Program-made: the position numbers and the translations under genes
In this document: piece after piece, positions 22,909-37,299 of the stretch
Position numbering within the stretch: the first letter of the stretch is position 1
How the letters are laid out: every line of letters starts with the position of its first letter
The notes under the pieces: model-generated
The model's database searches: none
What the model was told of the DNA's origin: nothing
The model's input: the letters and a program-made list of their open reading frames with translations, nothing else
From: Antechinus flavipes
Taxonomy: Eukaryota
Direction of reading: 5' to 3'
DNA length: 64,000 bases
Assembly (NCBI RefSeq): GCF_016432865.1
Contig: NC_067400.1
Coordinates: 612,808,001 to 612,872,000 of the forward strand

Positions 22909-25900
22909 TTTAATTTCAAAGCTCCGGCAGCTTGGTTTGGAGGATAAATGATGGAACACAGAAAGACCTGGATTGAAATTGTACCCCACACACTTATCAG
23001 CTGGATGAACTCAAGCTAGTCCAATAGTAGTCTCAGTTTCCTTTTCTGAAAGATGAGCGAGTTCCCTTCAGGTTTTGTCCTGTGGGGTGCCATTGGACTG
23101 CCAAGCTCCCCTCCTGCTCTAAAGCTATGACCTGACAAGCCCGTTTCGCCCTCCGGCCCCACTCCTTGGGGTCCCAAGTTTCCAGCCTCGCGTCTGCCCC
23201 CTTAGGCTCAGATTTCTCCCCTCTCAGGGGGAGACTCTCAGGAACTACGGTCAATTTTCATCCTTATATTGCTAGTGCTTAGCACCAAGACGTGCACAGA
23301 GTGGACGTTTTAGATTCTTCTACCATCCCTCCCTTTGAGGCCCATAGAAAGGGAATCCTTGGGGTCCCCAAGCATCCAACCCCTTCAAGGAGCCAGGCTT
23401 TCACTCTCCTTCCAAATTTAGGGCCAGCCAGCCCAACCTGAACTCCTGAAATTCTATAGCCTTGAACTAGTCCCGGGCTCAGGGACTAAGATCTCAGGGT
23501 GTGAGGGCTGAGCCCTCTTCCTCCCTTCTTCCCAACCCTTGACAGTTACAGGTGCCAGATCCCCAGCCTCTGACCCCTCGGGTATCCTTCTTACCCATCA
23601 GCCCCTACCCAACCTTTAGGGCCAGATCAGATCTCATTTTCCAGGGTCTCCCAGAATCCCTTTGGGGAGGGGGGGCTCCCCATTCTCAAAGCCAGCCCTT
23701 GGGTTTCCTTGTAGGGATTTACATAAGCAAGCACTTAATGAATTATTGGAGACAGCATCACCTCCTTTGGGGGATCTAAGATTAAACGCTTTTTGTCCTT
23801 TCCCTTAGCACGGGGCTAGGCACACGGCATATGCTCGTTCTTGATTTGACTTAGCTCACGTTCTCTTCAGCAACACTGGCTTCCTCTGGCCCGTGAACAC
23901 TCCAGGTGGCCTCCGGTCCCTGGCCCAGGAAGTGAGGTGCCTGGAGATGTTAAGAGGGAAAATCCTGATTTGGGAAGTCTGGCTCTTAGAGCTGATGGGA
24001 ATCCCCTCTGGAATGAGGTTAGGGAAAGGGTGGGACTGGGGGCCAGGGCCCTGGGATGGGGAAGGGGGAGGGGAGGGGGCGGAAATTGGCGGATCTAAAA
24101 ATATCATCAAGTTTCCGGCCCAGAAGGTGGGCAGAGTTTCCAGAACAACAAGGGAGAGGGAGGCCAGGACCGGAAACCGCCAAGGCCTGAGAGAATGAGA
24201 GATTGAGAAAGAGACAGACAGAGATGGGGAGAGAAAGGAGAGACCGAGAGAGGAGGAGCAGAGGGAAGGAGACAGAAGACGGGGGAGAGGGTGGTGATTG
24301 AGGTGTCAGACAGCTCACACACACAGGAGACAGACTGGGCCAAGGGCTGTGTGTCTGTGCCTCACTGTACCTTTCGGAGGAGATGGGGTTGTACTGGGAG
24401 GAGGAAGCAGGGAGGGTTTACTCAATTACACGGATGGGGGTCCACTGGGCCGTCTGCCTTTGAGGGCTGCTGGTGGAGCCCAGTGACATCTTGCCTCATG
24501 ACCGCATGTGCTCCCCCCACAGGCAGGGGAGAGGACACTTTGTCCTAAGCTGCGTGTCCTCCCTACCCCTGGCTAAGGGGCCAGAGGAATTTCCCAGGCC
24601 TGGCAGAAGGGCAGGGACCCTCCCGTGGGGGCTGGCCACAGCTGGATCCCAGATGTTCCCGGAGAAGCTGGGTCAGGACACCCCCCTCAGATCTCCCCTC
24701 CCCAGCGGTAATGGGCACAGTTGCAGGACACTGCTCCGCCCTTCTCACTTCTCCTTTGGGGCTAAAAATACTCCAGACCCTGGCCTCCAGGCTCCACCCC
24801 CCTTGCACAATCAGCTGATGACGCAGGCAGGCCCAGGAGGGGCCTGAAACTTCCCCCAACCCCCCAAGGCCTCTAGAACAGCCCCATGGGCCAGCATGGG
24901 GAGAATTCTGGAGAGGAGGAAGAGTAACTCCATGATCCCTGCTCCCACACTGGGGCCCCAGCCCTCACTTCCCAGTCCCCGTCTGGTTTCCCTTTCCCCA
25001 AAAGCAGGCAGCGAGGCTTCCCCTAAACTGGGAGCCTGGGGTGACTTGGAATCAGCGTCACAGCTGCCCCTTGCCTGCAGGACTTCTCCAAAACCTCCTT
25101 CCTCTTTTCGGGGTCCTGGAATCAGAGGGCCTAAAGGGGATCTTAAGAGGTCAGATCAGATCAGGACCCTCACAGGGGAGAGAAAATGAAGCCCGGGGAG
25201 GGAAAGTGGCCGCCTGCCCAGAGCACCAAAACCCAGGCTCCAGGGGCACCCTCCCCAACAGGCTCCTAGGAGGAGTCCTCAGAGCCCCCAGCAGAAAGAT
25301 CCTCCCTTCCTCAACCCCGACCCCAGGGGGTCCGTCCCGGGGCCAGCCCGTAAATGAGGGCGTTTGGGCACTGGGGGCGCTGTAGCTGTGATTATATAAC
25401 TGGGGGATTTCCTCCTCCTGGGAGCCCGGGGTGAGTCAGGAGCTGTGTCAGCAAAGCTGGGCTGGCGAGAACCCAAGGTCCCTCCCTTCCCCCTCTTCTT
25501 CCTTCCCCTCTCGGGGACCCAGGCTTTCACCCCAGAGCTCTTCACTCATCCATGTCCCAAGTTTCCTGGTGAAAGGAGACAGAAGGGGCGGGGGAGAGAG
25601 CAGAGATCCAGGCCTGAGGCGTCCTCCTGGCAGAGACACCTTAGCCACAGTCAGGGACAGGGCTGGCCAGAGGGAGAGACAGAGAGCTCCTGCCAGAAAG
25701 CGCCGGAGGGCTGAGCGGGGAGAGGAAGGCAGACGGAGCCAGAGACCCAGCCAGGGACAGTCCCCGGCAAAGGCAGGAAGGGCGAGACCCGCTTAGAGAC
25801 AGCGCGGGCAGAGGGAGCCAGCCGGAATCCCGCAGTGCTGAGACCGAGATCCAGACGGACAGTCCCGGGAAAAGAGAGAGCCCCAAAAAGAGAGTCCCAG

Positions 25901-26206
25901 GCACAGAGATCCAGGGGAAATGCACGGTGCTGGGAAGGGGGGAGGGGAGAACGAGTCGGGCGTAACTGACAAGGGTTCCAGGCGCTCTCCTCCCTCCCAC
26001 CTTTTTGCCCCCTGGGAAGAGGCGCAGGCGCAGATGCAGACGCCGGATGGGCGGGGCCGCCCAACAGATGGTTGTGCTCTGGCGCCCCCTGCTGCCAAGA
26101 GGCGGGGCTGCTCCCTTCTCCCAGGCCCGGGCCGGACACCCCCTGCCCCGCCCCCAGTCTTGGAGATCCAGCCCCAGAGAGGAGAACGAGCCGTAACTCA
26201 GGAACT

Positions 26207-26212
26207 TTTAAT
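26207..26212 (-). terminator. Candidate MED29 polyadenylation signal (ATTAAA)
   Basis: TTTAAT on plus, ~77 nt after the stop, preceded by a U-run on the sense strand. Confidence 0.5.
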
Positions 26213-26288
26213 TAAAAAAAAAAAATCTAATCCCGTCCTTAAATCCACCTCCCCCCCCCCCCCCCCGGTCGCCGTGGGTGTCCCGGGG

Positions 26289-29200
26289 TCAGAGGCCTCC
26301 CGGGGCTGGCAGCTTGCCCGTGACCTTGTTGGAGCACTCCAGCAAGGCGTTGTGGATGTCCTTGGCACAGCCGATCTGGGCTTTGATCATGCTCAGGTAC
26401 TGCGGGTAGGGCAGGCTCTCGGCCTGCACCGCGTCCGGCTTCGTGGCTGTGGGCACCAGCGTCGGGGAGTGCTTGGCGCTGTCGTAGCTCTGGGACAAAC
26501 ACTCATAGGCCAGGCGCTGGAGGGGGAGGGGCAAAGAAAGGGAGGAGGGGGAGGGGAGACGGACAGGAGGGGGAGAGGAAGGGCAAAGGAGGAGGAAAGG
26601 GGAGGGGGAGAGAGACAGGCACAGAAAGGGGAGGGAAGGGCAAAGGAAGAGCAGGGGGGAGGGGAGGAGGAGACACACAGAAGGGGGTGGGGCGGAGCAA
26701 AGGAAGAGTGGAAGGGGAGGGGGAGAGACAGACAGAAGAGGGGCAAAGAAAGAACAGGGGGAGGGGAAGAAACAGAGGGGGGAGGGAAGGGGCACAGGAA
26801 GAGAAGGAGGAGGGGGAGAGAGACAAAGTCTTAACCTGTCAGTCAAGTAAACTTATCATACCTTCCCCCAAAAGAGCCATTCTGTTCCCAGAGAAAGCCA
26901 GCCCCAGGACTCTTGCATCCCAGTAGAAGCTCCCCACTTGGAGGTGCCGGGCCGCTAGAGCTGCCCAGATAAGTCAGAACGGGGAAATTCACCCAGCTGT
27001 TAAGGAGTAGGCCTCTAAGCGGCTACCTCCAGCCAGGCCTAGCCCTTGGTCCCCAAAGAGCCTCAGGCTGGGCCAATATCCCTAAGCAGTAGCTCCATCC
27101 CGTCCGGCTCTCCTAGATCCCATTTGGGTTTTCATAGCAGAGATACTGGAGGGGCTTGCCACTTCCTTCTTCAGCTCATTTTACAGAGGAGGAAACTGAG
27201 GCATATGGGGGAAGTGACTAATGTCAAGTCTTCCTGACTCCAAGCCCAAGCCCTCCATGCCCTGTGGTGCCCCCGGTGACCCTTGCTTCCCTCATCCTAT
27301 CAGTATTTAGATCTAGGAACTGGCGACTGAAAAGATGGGACCAAGCCTGGGTCCCCCACATCATCCCTAGAACTCCGCAGGAGGTCCGTTCCCTGGGGTG
27401 TGGTTTTCCCCCATCAGAAGCTGCTTTTGGCACAGGACCTGACAGTGAGAATGGCTTAGTAAATATCAGAACAAAACTTTTCAAGTCAATGACAAAAATG
27501 TCCTGTTTTCAACGAGCAAAAAGGGAAGGAAGGTGAAAAATTTAAAAAGAAAATCTATTTCTGGAGAAAGTGGATTCTTTTAAGAGGCAAAGGGAGGCAG
27601 GTTCTCAGGCTTGGAGAGGAACCCAGAACAGGCCGGGAATGACAGGACAAGCAGCCCAGGCAGAGTTGGACAAAACGGTCTGAGTCTTAAAGACCGAAGT
27701 GAGGGACCTGAGAGCTGAAGTGGGGAGTCTTCTGACTCTTCCTCTTAGTAGAGGTAGTGGTAAAACTCAGGGAGAGAGGCCAGGGATTTGCACCAGGTCA
27801 CACCACTCGCTAGGGGCGCCACAGTGCACAGAGCGGGAGCTTGGAGTCAGAGTCAAATCCAGCCACAAAACACTCCCAGTGGGGTGATTCCGTCTGCCTC
27901 CGTTTCCTCATCTGTAAAATGAACTAGAAAAGGAAATGGCCTTTGCCAAGAAAGGCCCAAGAAGGGGTCAACTGACAAATGACTGAACAGCCTGCTGCTT
28001 GCTGGCCTTTGGAGGCTCTTTCCACTGCTGGCGGAACGACTTTAAGCTAGCAAGACCTGGCTTCCAGATGGGCTGCAGACACATGGGTGTGTCTGTGTGA
28101 CCCGGGGGGAGCCAATTCAATTATTGAGTTCTTACTATGAACCTGACACTGGAGATACGGAAAAAGGAGGCAAAGAGAGCAGGTGCAAGGGGGAAAGTGC
28201 AGACTTTAAAGGAGATCAGGAAAGATTCTCTAAAGAAAATGGGAAAAAGCCAGGGAGCAGAGGTAAGGAGGGAGGGCGGTCTTGGCAGCCAAAGAAATGC
28301 CCGGAGCCTGGAAATGCAGTGTCTGATGGAGGAGCAGCAAGGAGGCCGGTGCAGCTCGAGTGGAGGAGTGGAGAAGTGGAAGGACAGCACAAGAGTGGAA
28401 GGGGGGGGCCAGTAACAACGAGCTTTAAAAGCCAAGCAGAGGCAGAGGTTATTAGTCCTAGAGGTTCCAGAAAAGAGGGGTGATTTCGGAAGACCGTTTT
28501 GGTAGCTGAGTGGAGGATGAGCTGGAGAGGGGAGAGACTCGGGCAGACCCCACACCGGTTACCGCAACAGCCCAGGAATGAAGCCATGATGAACTACAGC
28601 GGTGTCGGTGTCACTGGAGACAAGGGGGCATGCTGGCGAGATGCTGGGAAGGCTGAAGTGACAGGTCTTGGCAACTGGTTGGATGTGAGGGGTTGAGAGC
28701 AAGGGAGGAGTGCTCATGGACAATCCTTTTGAGTCTGGGAGAATGGCAGTGTTCTGGATGGTAACGAGAACATATGGAAAGTGGGACGAGATAATTGTTT
28801 GGCTTTGGATGTGGTGAATGTTTAAGATGTTCAATAGACAGCCAGAGGTGGCAGCCCCTGATGATGGGAAGGGAAGTCGGGGGAAACAAACAGAACAGAG
28901 AATCATTATTAAAATGGTTAATTGAAGACTTTACATTCTCTAAGTCTCTTATGTTGCAGAGAAAGTGAGAAAGTGCTCACTGTCACCGACAGAAGGATTT
29001 CTCCAACGTCAGCCTAGCAAAGGCCAATTTAAAAAGGGCAAAGCCTGGAATGGGGGTGCTGCAGACCCTGAGGCACCCTTTCTGCCTCATCCTTCTATGG
29101 CTCCCTCCTTCTGGAGTTGCCCTGGCAGTCTTCTCATCTAGAGTCCATCCCACCTCAATCCAAGCCTGGACTCGTTCCCTAGTGACATGCCCCAGTCCTG

Positions 29201-30507
29201 ATCTTCTCTGGGGCAGCATGGTGCCATGGATTTGGAAAGGCCCTGGATTCAAATCCCAGCCTCATCATTTACTGCATTATTATATAGGGCAAATATAGGC
29301 TCTCTCCTGGCCTCAATTTTTACCTCTGTAAAACGGGGCTGCACTTGAGGTTCTGGAGTCCCTTATAGAACTAAGGTCCTATGAGCCTAGCTTTGGCGGA
29401 CCTGATCTCATCCTCCCTTCCAGTGCAGAACCACTTCTCAGCTTGGCCCCAGCCTCCCAAGCCCACTGCAAAGGGTTCCTAGTCTTGGTCCTTAAGAGCA
29501 GCCCCATCCAGACCCTTGGGCTTGGGGTTGGTCTCAGCTGGGGGGGCCACCCTGGGGGCCTTTGTCCCCAGGGAAGGGGGAACCTCTCACCAGGCAGAGC
29601 TCCAGCTGGTCACAGAGGGCATAGAACTCCTCCAGACTCTTGTCGAAGCGCTGCAGCCCGCCCTCGCTGCTCTTCCTGGGATGGAACAGAGAAGGTGGCT
29701 GAGAGGGGGCGCCCAGGGGCCCTGGGCATGGGAGGACGGAACCAAGCCCTCAGATACTCACTGTCCATTGTCGATGTTGGTATTCTGCACCAGGTTCTGG
29801 GCCGCCACCTTCATCAGGTTCTGGGATGGGACGAAAAGGGCGTGGTCAGTCCAGAAAACCACGCCCAAGGTGGGCCCAACTCTCCCTTCCCACCAATGGC
29901 AGGTCAAACTCTGAACCGCCCCCTCCAGGCACCGCCTCTTTTCTAACTATCGAGCCAATCATCGACCCCAAAATCAGCCTAGCTCCACCTTCGCAACCAC
30001 ACAGCCGACGACCAACGGGCTCCCACTCACTCTCCGCTACCTCCCCCAGTCCGCATGCGCATATTCCGGCGCTCTCGTAGTCCCGCCTTCCCCCTTGTTC
30101 AGAGCCAATCCCAGGGTTAGCGTCCTCAAACATCCAGACCAGGCTCTTTACCGAATCCCGCCCCCCTCAACAGCCCACCTACCAATTGCCACCCCCGCTT
30201 AGTGCCGGACCCACCTCCCTCGAGGTTGGGGGCTAATCACCTGTAGGCTCTCTTTGAGCTGAGGAATCAGAAGCTTGTAACGCTGTACAGGGTCGAAATC
30301 TTGCTGCTGCTGCTGCAGGAGACCGCTCTGTGCAGCCTGAATTTGTGAGGCTGCTACAAGCTGTGCCGAGGGAGGCTGTTGCCCTTGCGGCCCCTGAGAC
30401 TGCGGAGGGCCCGGAACAGAGGCACCTGCGGATCCCGGGCCGGAGACGCCGGCCGTAGACGGTGGCGGAGGCTGCGGCGCCGTCTGCGCTGGTGGCGGTG
30501 CCGCCAT
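26289..30507 (-). CDS. MED29: Mediator of RNA polymerase II transcription subunit 29, 4 exons, 212 aa
   Basis: Exons 30507-30241, 29820-29762, 29675-29591, 26516-26289, all GT-AG, total 639 nt. Motifs QQQQQDFDPVQRYKLLIPQLKESLQ, LMKVAAQNL, QRFDKSLEEFYALCDQLELCLRLAYECLSQ, YPQYLSMIKAQIGCAKDIH. Confidence 0.97.
26519..26826. repeat. Degenerate ~50-58-nt purine-rich minisatellite at the 3' end of MED29 intron 3
   Basis: About six units with a GGGCAAAG...GGGGAG...AGACA skeleton, almost purely purine on plus. Confidence 0.75.
27170..27245 (-). mobile_element. MIR/CORE-SINE fragment
   Basis: cagctcattttacagaggaggaaactgaggca is the MIR core in reverse orientation. Confidence 0.65.
27820..27925 (+). 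mobile_element. MIR fragment
   Basis: ggagtcagagtcaaatccagccac...gtttcctcatctgtaaaatg. Confidence 0.65.
28105..28900 (-). mobile_element. Degraded L2 LINE 3' fragment
   Basis: Begins with the reversed L2 3' end (ttattgagttcttactatgaacctgacactggagatac) followed by the usual GA-rich reverse-strand L2 sequence. Boundaries approximate. Confidence 0.6.
29220..29345 (+). mobile_element. MIR fragment
   Basis: ggattcaaatcccagcctcatc...ggcctcaatttttacctctgtaaaac. Confidence 0.6.
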
Positions 30508-30958
30508 CTTTTCTTCCTTATATCTGCCGCCGCCAGTTGGTCACAGCCTCGATCACTCAAGGCGATCGCGGATGTGCGTCACTTTTAGGCCTAACCTTAG
30601 CGAACCGATCAATCCCAAGCTCCGAGGTTGCATTTGGGCCGCCTCTTTCCTCTTCATCATTCCTGTTTGTGCACGTCCGCCCAATCACAAGATTCTCCTT
30701 CCTAAAAAACCCGCCTCCTTCCACTGTGGCCAATCCGTCCCGATTAAAAAAAAAAAAAAGACAACCCGAACTACGTTTCCCAAAAGGCATTTTATCGGCG
30801 GTAGCTAGTTAGGCCCTGGAGTCCCGCGGGGTCCTCGCTGCCGCCGTCGACTGGGAGGCCGGGAGGCGGAGCGGCTCATAGGGTTGCCTGGAGAGCCGCC
30901 TGCGTGGCTCGCGGGCCGGGGTTGGCCCCCTTCGTGACTAGTAGTCCTCGTTGTCGTC

Positions 30959-30960
<2 letters not shown>
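30500..30960. promoter_or_regulatory. Bidirectional MED29/PAF1 promoter
   Basis: Head-to-head ATGs 452 nt apart. YY1-type CCGCCATCTT at 30501-30510 over the MED29 start, CCAAT at 30681 and 30730, and ZNF143/THAP11 SBS-like ACTACGTTTCCCAAAAGGC at 30770-30788. Confidence 0.85.
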
Positions 30961-34594
<3,634 letters not shown>

Positions 34595-34696
34595 GGCCGC
34601 CAAGCGGGCCGGGAGGGGCTGGGCCTCTCCAGCTCAGGCACCATTCTCAGGACAAATGGAAAATACCTATTCTTTTTTTTTTAAACTTTTGCTGTC

Positions 34697-34702
34697 AATA
34701 AA
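34697..34702 (+). terminator. PAF1 polyadenylation signal
   Basis: AATAAA ~100 nt after the TGA. Confidence 0.85.
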
Positions 34703-34960
34703 GGCGATGTGTTTACAAGCTGAAAGCCAGGAATCGGATCTGTTCCCTTTATCCCAACACACTTCCCCCTTCTCCAGCAGAGGATGCTGGGATGGCCGTC
34801 CCCATCCCTTCCCCCCTTGCAGACAGAGGGGAAAGGGGACACACCCCTCCAGCACCTCCCCCACCCCATACACACCTTCCCCCACTCCACACTATGGGGC
34901 CCTATCCCAAGAAGAAGGCGGCCAAAGATCGGGTCAGAGTAATTTTGGGTTTTCATTAAA

Positions 34961-34966
34961 TGTATT
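34961..34966 (-). terminator. Candidate distal SAMD4B poly(A) signal (AATACA variant)
   Basis: TGTATT on plus, in an AU-rich block at the end of the long GC-skewed 3'UTR. Non-canonical hexamer. Confidence 0.35.
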
Positions 34967-36567
34967 ATAACAAAGGTCAGAATTTTTTTTTTCCAAAATA
35001 AGCCCGGACCATTAAACAAGTGAAACTCCAACAAATGTGTTTTCTCCAACAGAGAGAAAAACTGTGTACAGTTACTCAAAGCTGCTTCTGCCAGTGGGGC
35101 TGGGGGAAGATGGGGGTGCTGAAACCATGGAGGGCCCGGGAGGGAGGGGAGAGAGGGGACGGGGGACTGGGTCCTGCCCGTCGGGGTGGGGGCCGCCTGC
35201 GTCCCACACTCTGGTGTCAGGCTGGAGGGTGACGAGAGGATGGTTTTCTCCTCTCTGGGGGTCCCCACCCCCTTCCAATAGGGAGGTCCTTGCTGCTAGG
35301 CTGAGCCGGCTCATGCCTAACAGCTTGATGGGATGGGACCCGGCTGGGGAGGGGGGCAGGGGGGTAACCTAGAGTGGACAGGAACCCCTACCCCACAAAA
35401 CACCATTCTGCTGATTCCAAATCGTGGTGTCCCCTGTCCCCCCCTTGGGGTGAGGATCCCCAGGAGACGGGGGACAGGCAAAGGCACAGCAATATGGAGG
35501 GGATGGGGGAGAGGGGCTTGCATAGGTTGATGAGTGCAAGAGGTACATAAATAAACCCGAGCCCCTCCCCACCCCTCCCCCCAGCCAGGGTGTGGGAAGG
35601 CCCCCCTGGAGATGAGGCCCCTGGGATTCCCTGCCCCCTCCCTCCCTGGGCAAAAAAGGAGGGCAGGAAGGGGGAAGGGACCAGGAGCTGAGAAGGGGAA
35701 GCGGAGCCAGGGGCACCAGACTGGTGGCTGTTGGGAAGAAGGGAGGGGCCAGGAGGTCTGGGGTGGGGGGGATTTTTGGTTTTTTTTTTTTCCAACATTT
35801 TGTTTCTTTAATAACATACGTAATGGTTACCAGCCATAGTCATAACAAAAGTTATTCATAAAATGTATCTAAAAATAACATTTTTTTTCCTTTTCTGTGT
35901 GAAAAGCTTGAGAGAGTCCCAGCAGGAAGGGGGTAGGGTGGGAAAGGCTTCTGTACCAAGAAGAGGCCCACCTGGGGGGCGGGGGAGGAGAGGGCCGGGG
36001 CTCCGCCGGCTCCCCTCCGGCCGCCCCAGTTCTCTCCACCCCCCCCAAGGGGCCGGGGGTGGGACTCTAGGCTATGATGTAGTGTTCCACTTCAGTGAGG
36101 TCACGACAGAGCAGGGAGAGGGTTAGAAGAAAACAAAAAAACTTAAAGAGAAGCCCTTCCACTGCCCACCCCCAGTCTCTCACCTGCTCAGGGTGGGGCT
36201 ATAGAAGGGGTGTGTGTGAAGGGAGGGGGCATTAAGGCAATAGACTTTCTGACCCCACTGGCCGCTCCCCCACCTATTTGCCCTGCCCTACCTCCCCCCG
36301 GGGGCCTCCAGGAGCTAGGCAGGGGGTAGAGGGGAGTCTGGGGGGCAGGGTGGAAGGAGGATGGGGGCAAGAAGGCGCTGCCTTCTCCCCTGGTTCCATC
36401 CCCCAAACCCTCAGCCTCCCCCGTCGCCCTCCCTCCACACATCATGGCTCAGAGAGACCCAATGAAGAGATTAAAAATGAGAGGAAGGGAGAGTGTGATT
36501 GAAAGAGAGACAGAGAAACCGCTAAGAACTATATAAATATATGTCTTAAATAGGCCTAAGAAATTAA

Positions 36568-36710
36568 NNNNNNNNNNNNNNNNNNNNNNNNNNNNNNNNN
36601 NNNNNNNNNNNNNNNNNNNNNNNNNNNNNNNNNNNNNNNNNNNNNNNNNNNNNNNNNNNNNNNNNNNNNNNNNNNNNNNNNNNNNNNNNNNNNNNNNNNN
36701 NNNNNNNNNN
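36568..36710. other. Assembly gap (143 N) within the SAMD4B 3'UTR
   Basis: Run of N. Confidence 0.99.
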
Positions 36711-37221
36711 CTTGGGGGAAGATGTGTGTGTGTCTGTGAGAAAGGGGGAGAATGATGGAAGAAAACAAGACTTTTGTCTCCTCCCACAAAGTGTTGACCA
36801 GAGCAGGCAGATCTGTGCTCTGTCACCCCCACTGCTCTCAGGCAGGCCCCCCCAAGGGGGGCAGGGGGGAATCTGGTGATCTCCTTTGGAGTCAGTTTCC
36901 CTGGGGAGGGGTGGCCATCGTCCGGAAAGGACGCAGGGGAAAGAGGAGGTGCCCAGGGCACTTGCCCTGGCTCCCCTCCCTACCATGCCCTGGCCCTCAG
37001 CAGAGATCCCCCTCTATACCCTGCGTCATAGCAACGTGGGGCTTCCGGGGGAGGGGGGCGAATGGTGTATATCAATATTAAACCAGAGTTAAAGGGATAA
37101 TAAAGTAGAAAAATATTAGAACATATAACTGAGCCAACACCACCCCTCTGTCACTGAGGGGATAGGTGGCCCCCTCTCCCCACCCCAAGGGGACGACGTG
37201 TCCGCTGGGCTCTCAGTCACA

Positions 37222-37255
37222 TCAGATCGTGGAGGTTTTGTCTGTCCCATCTGCC

Positions 37256-37299
<44 letters not shown>

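Noticed and set aside
25651-26834. Several long ORFs around the MED29 3' end (e.g. 25920-26834, 304 aa)
   Set aside because: They derive from the purine minisatellite and CpG-rich sequence and have low-complexity translations.
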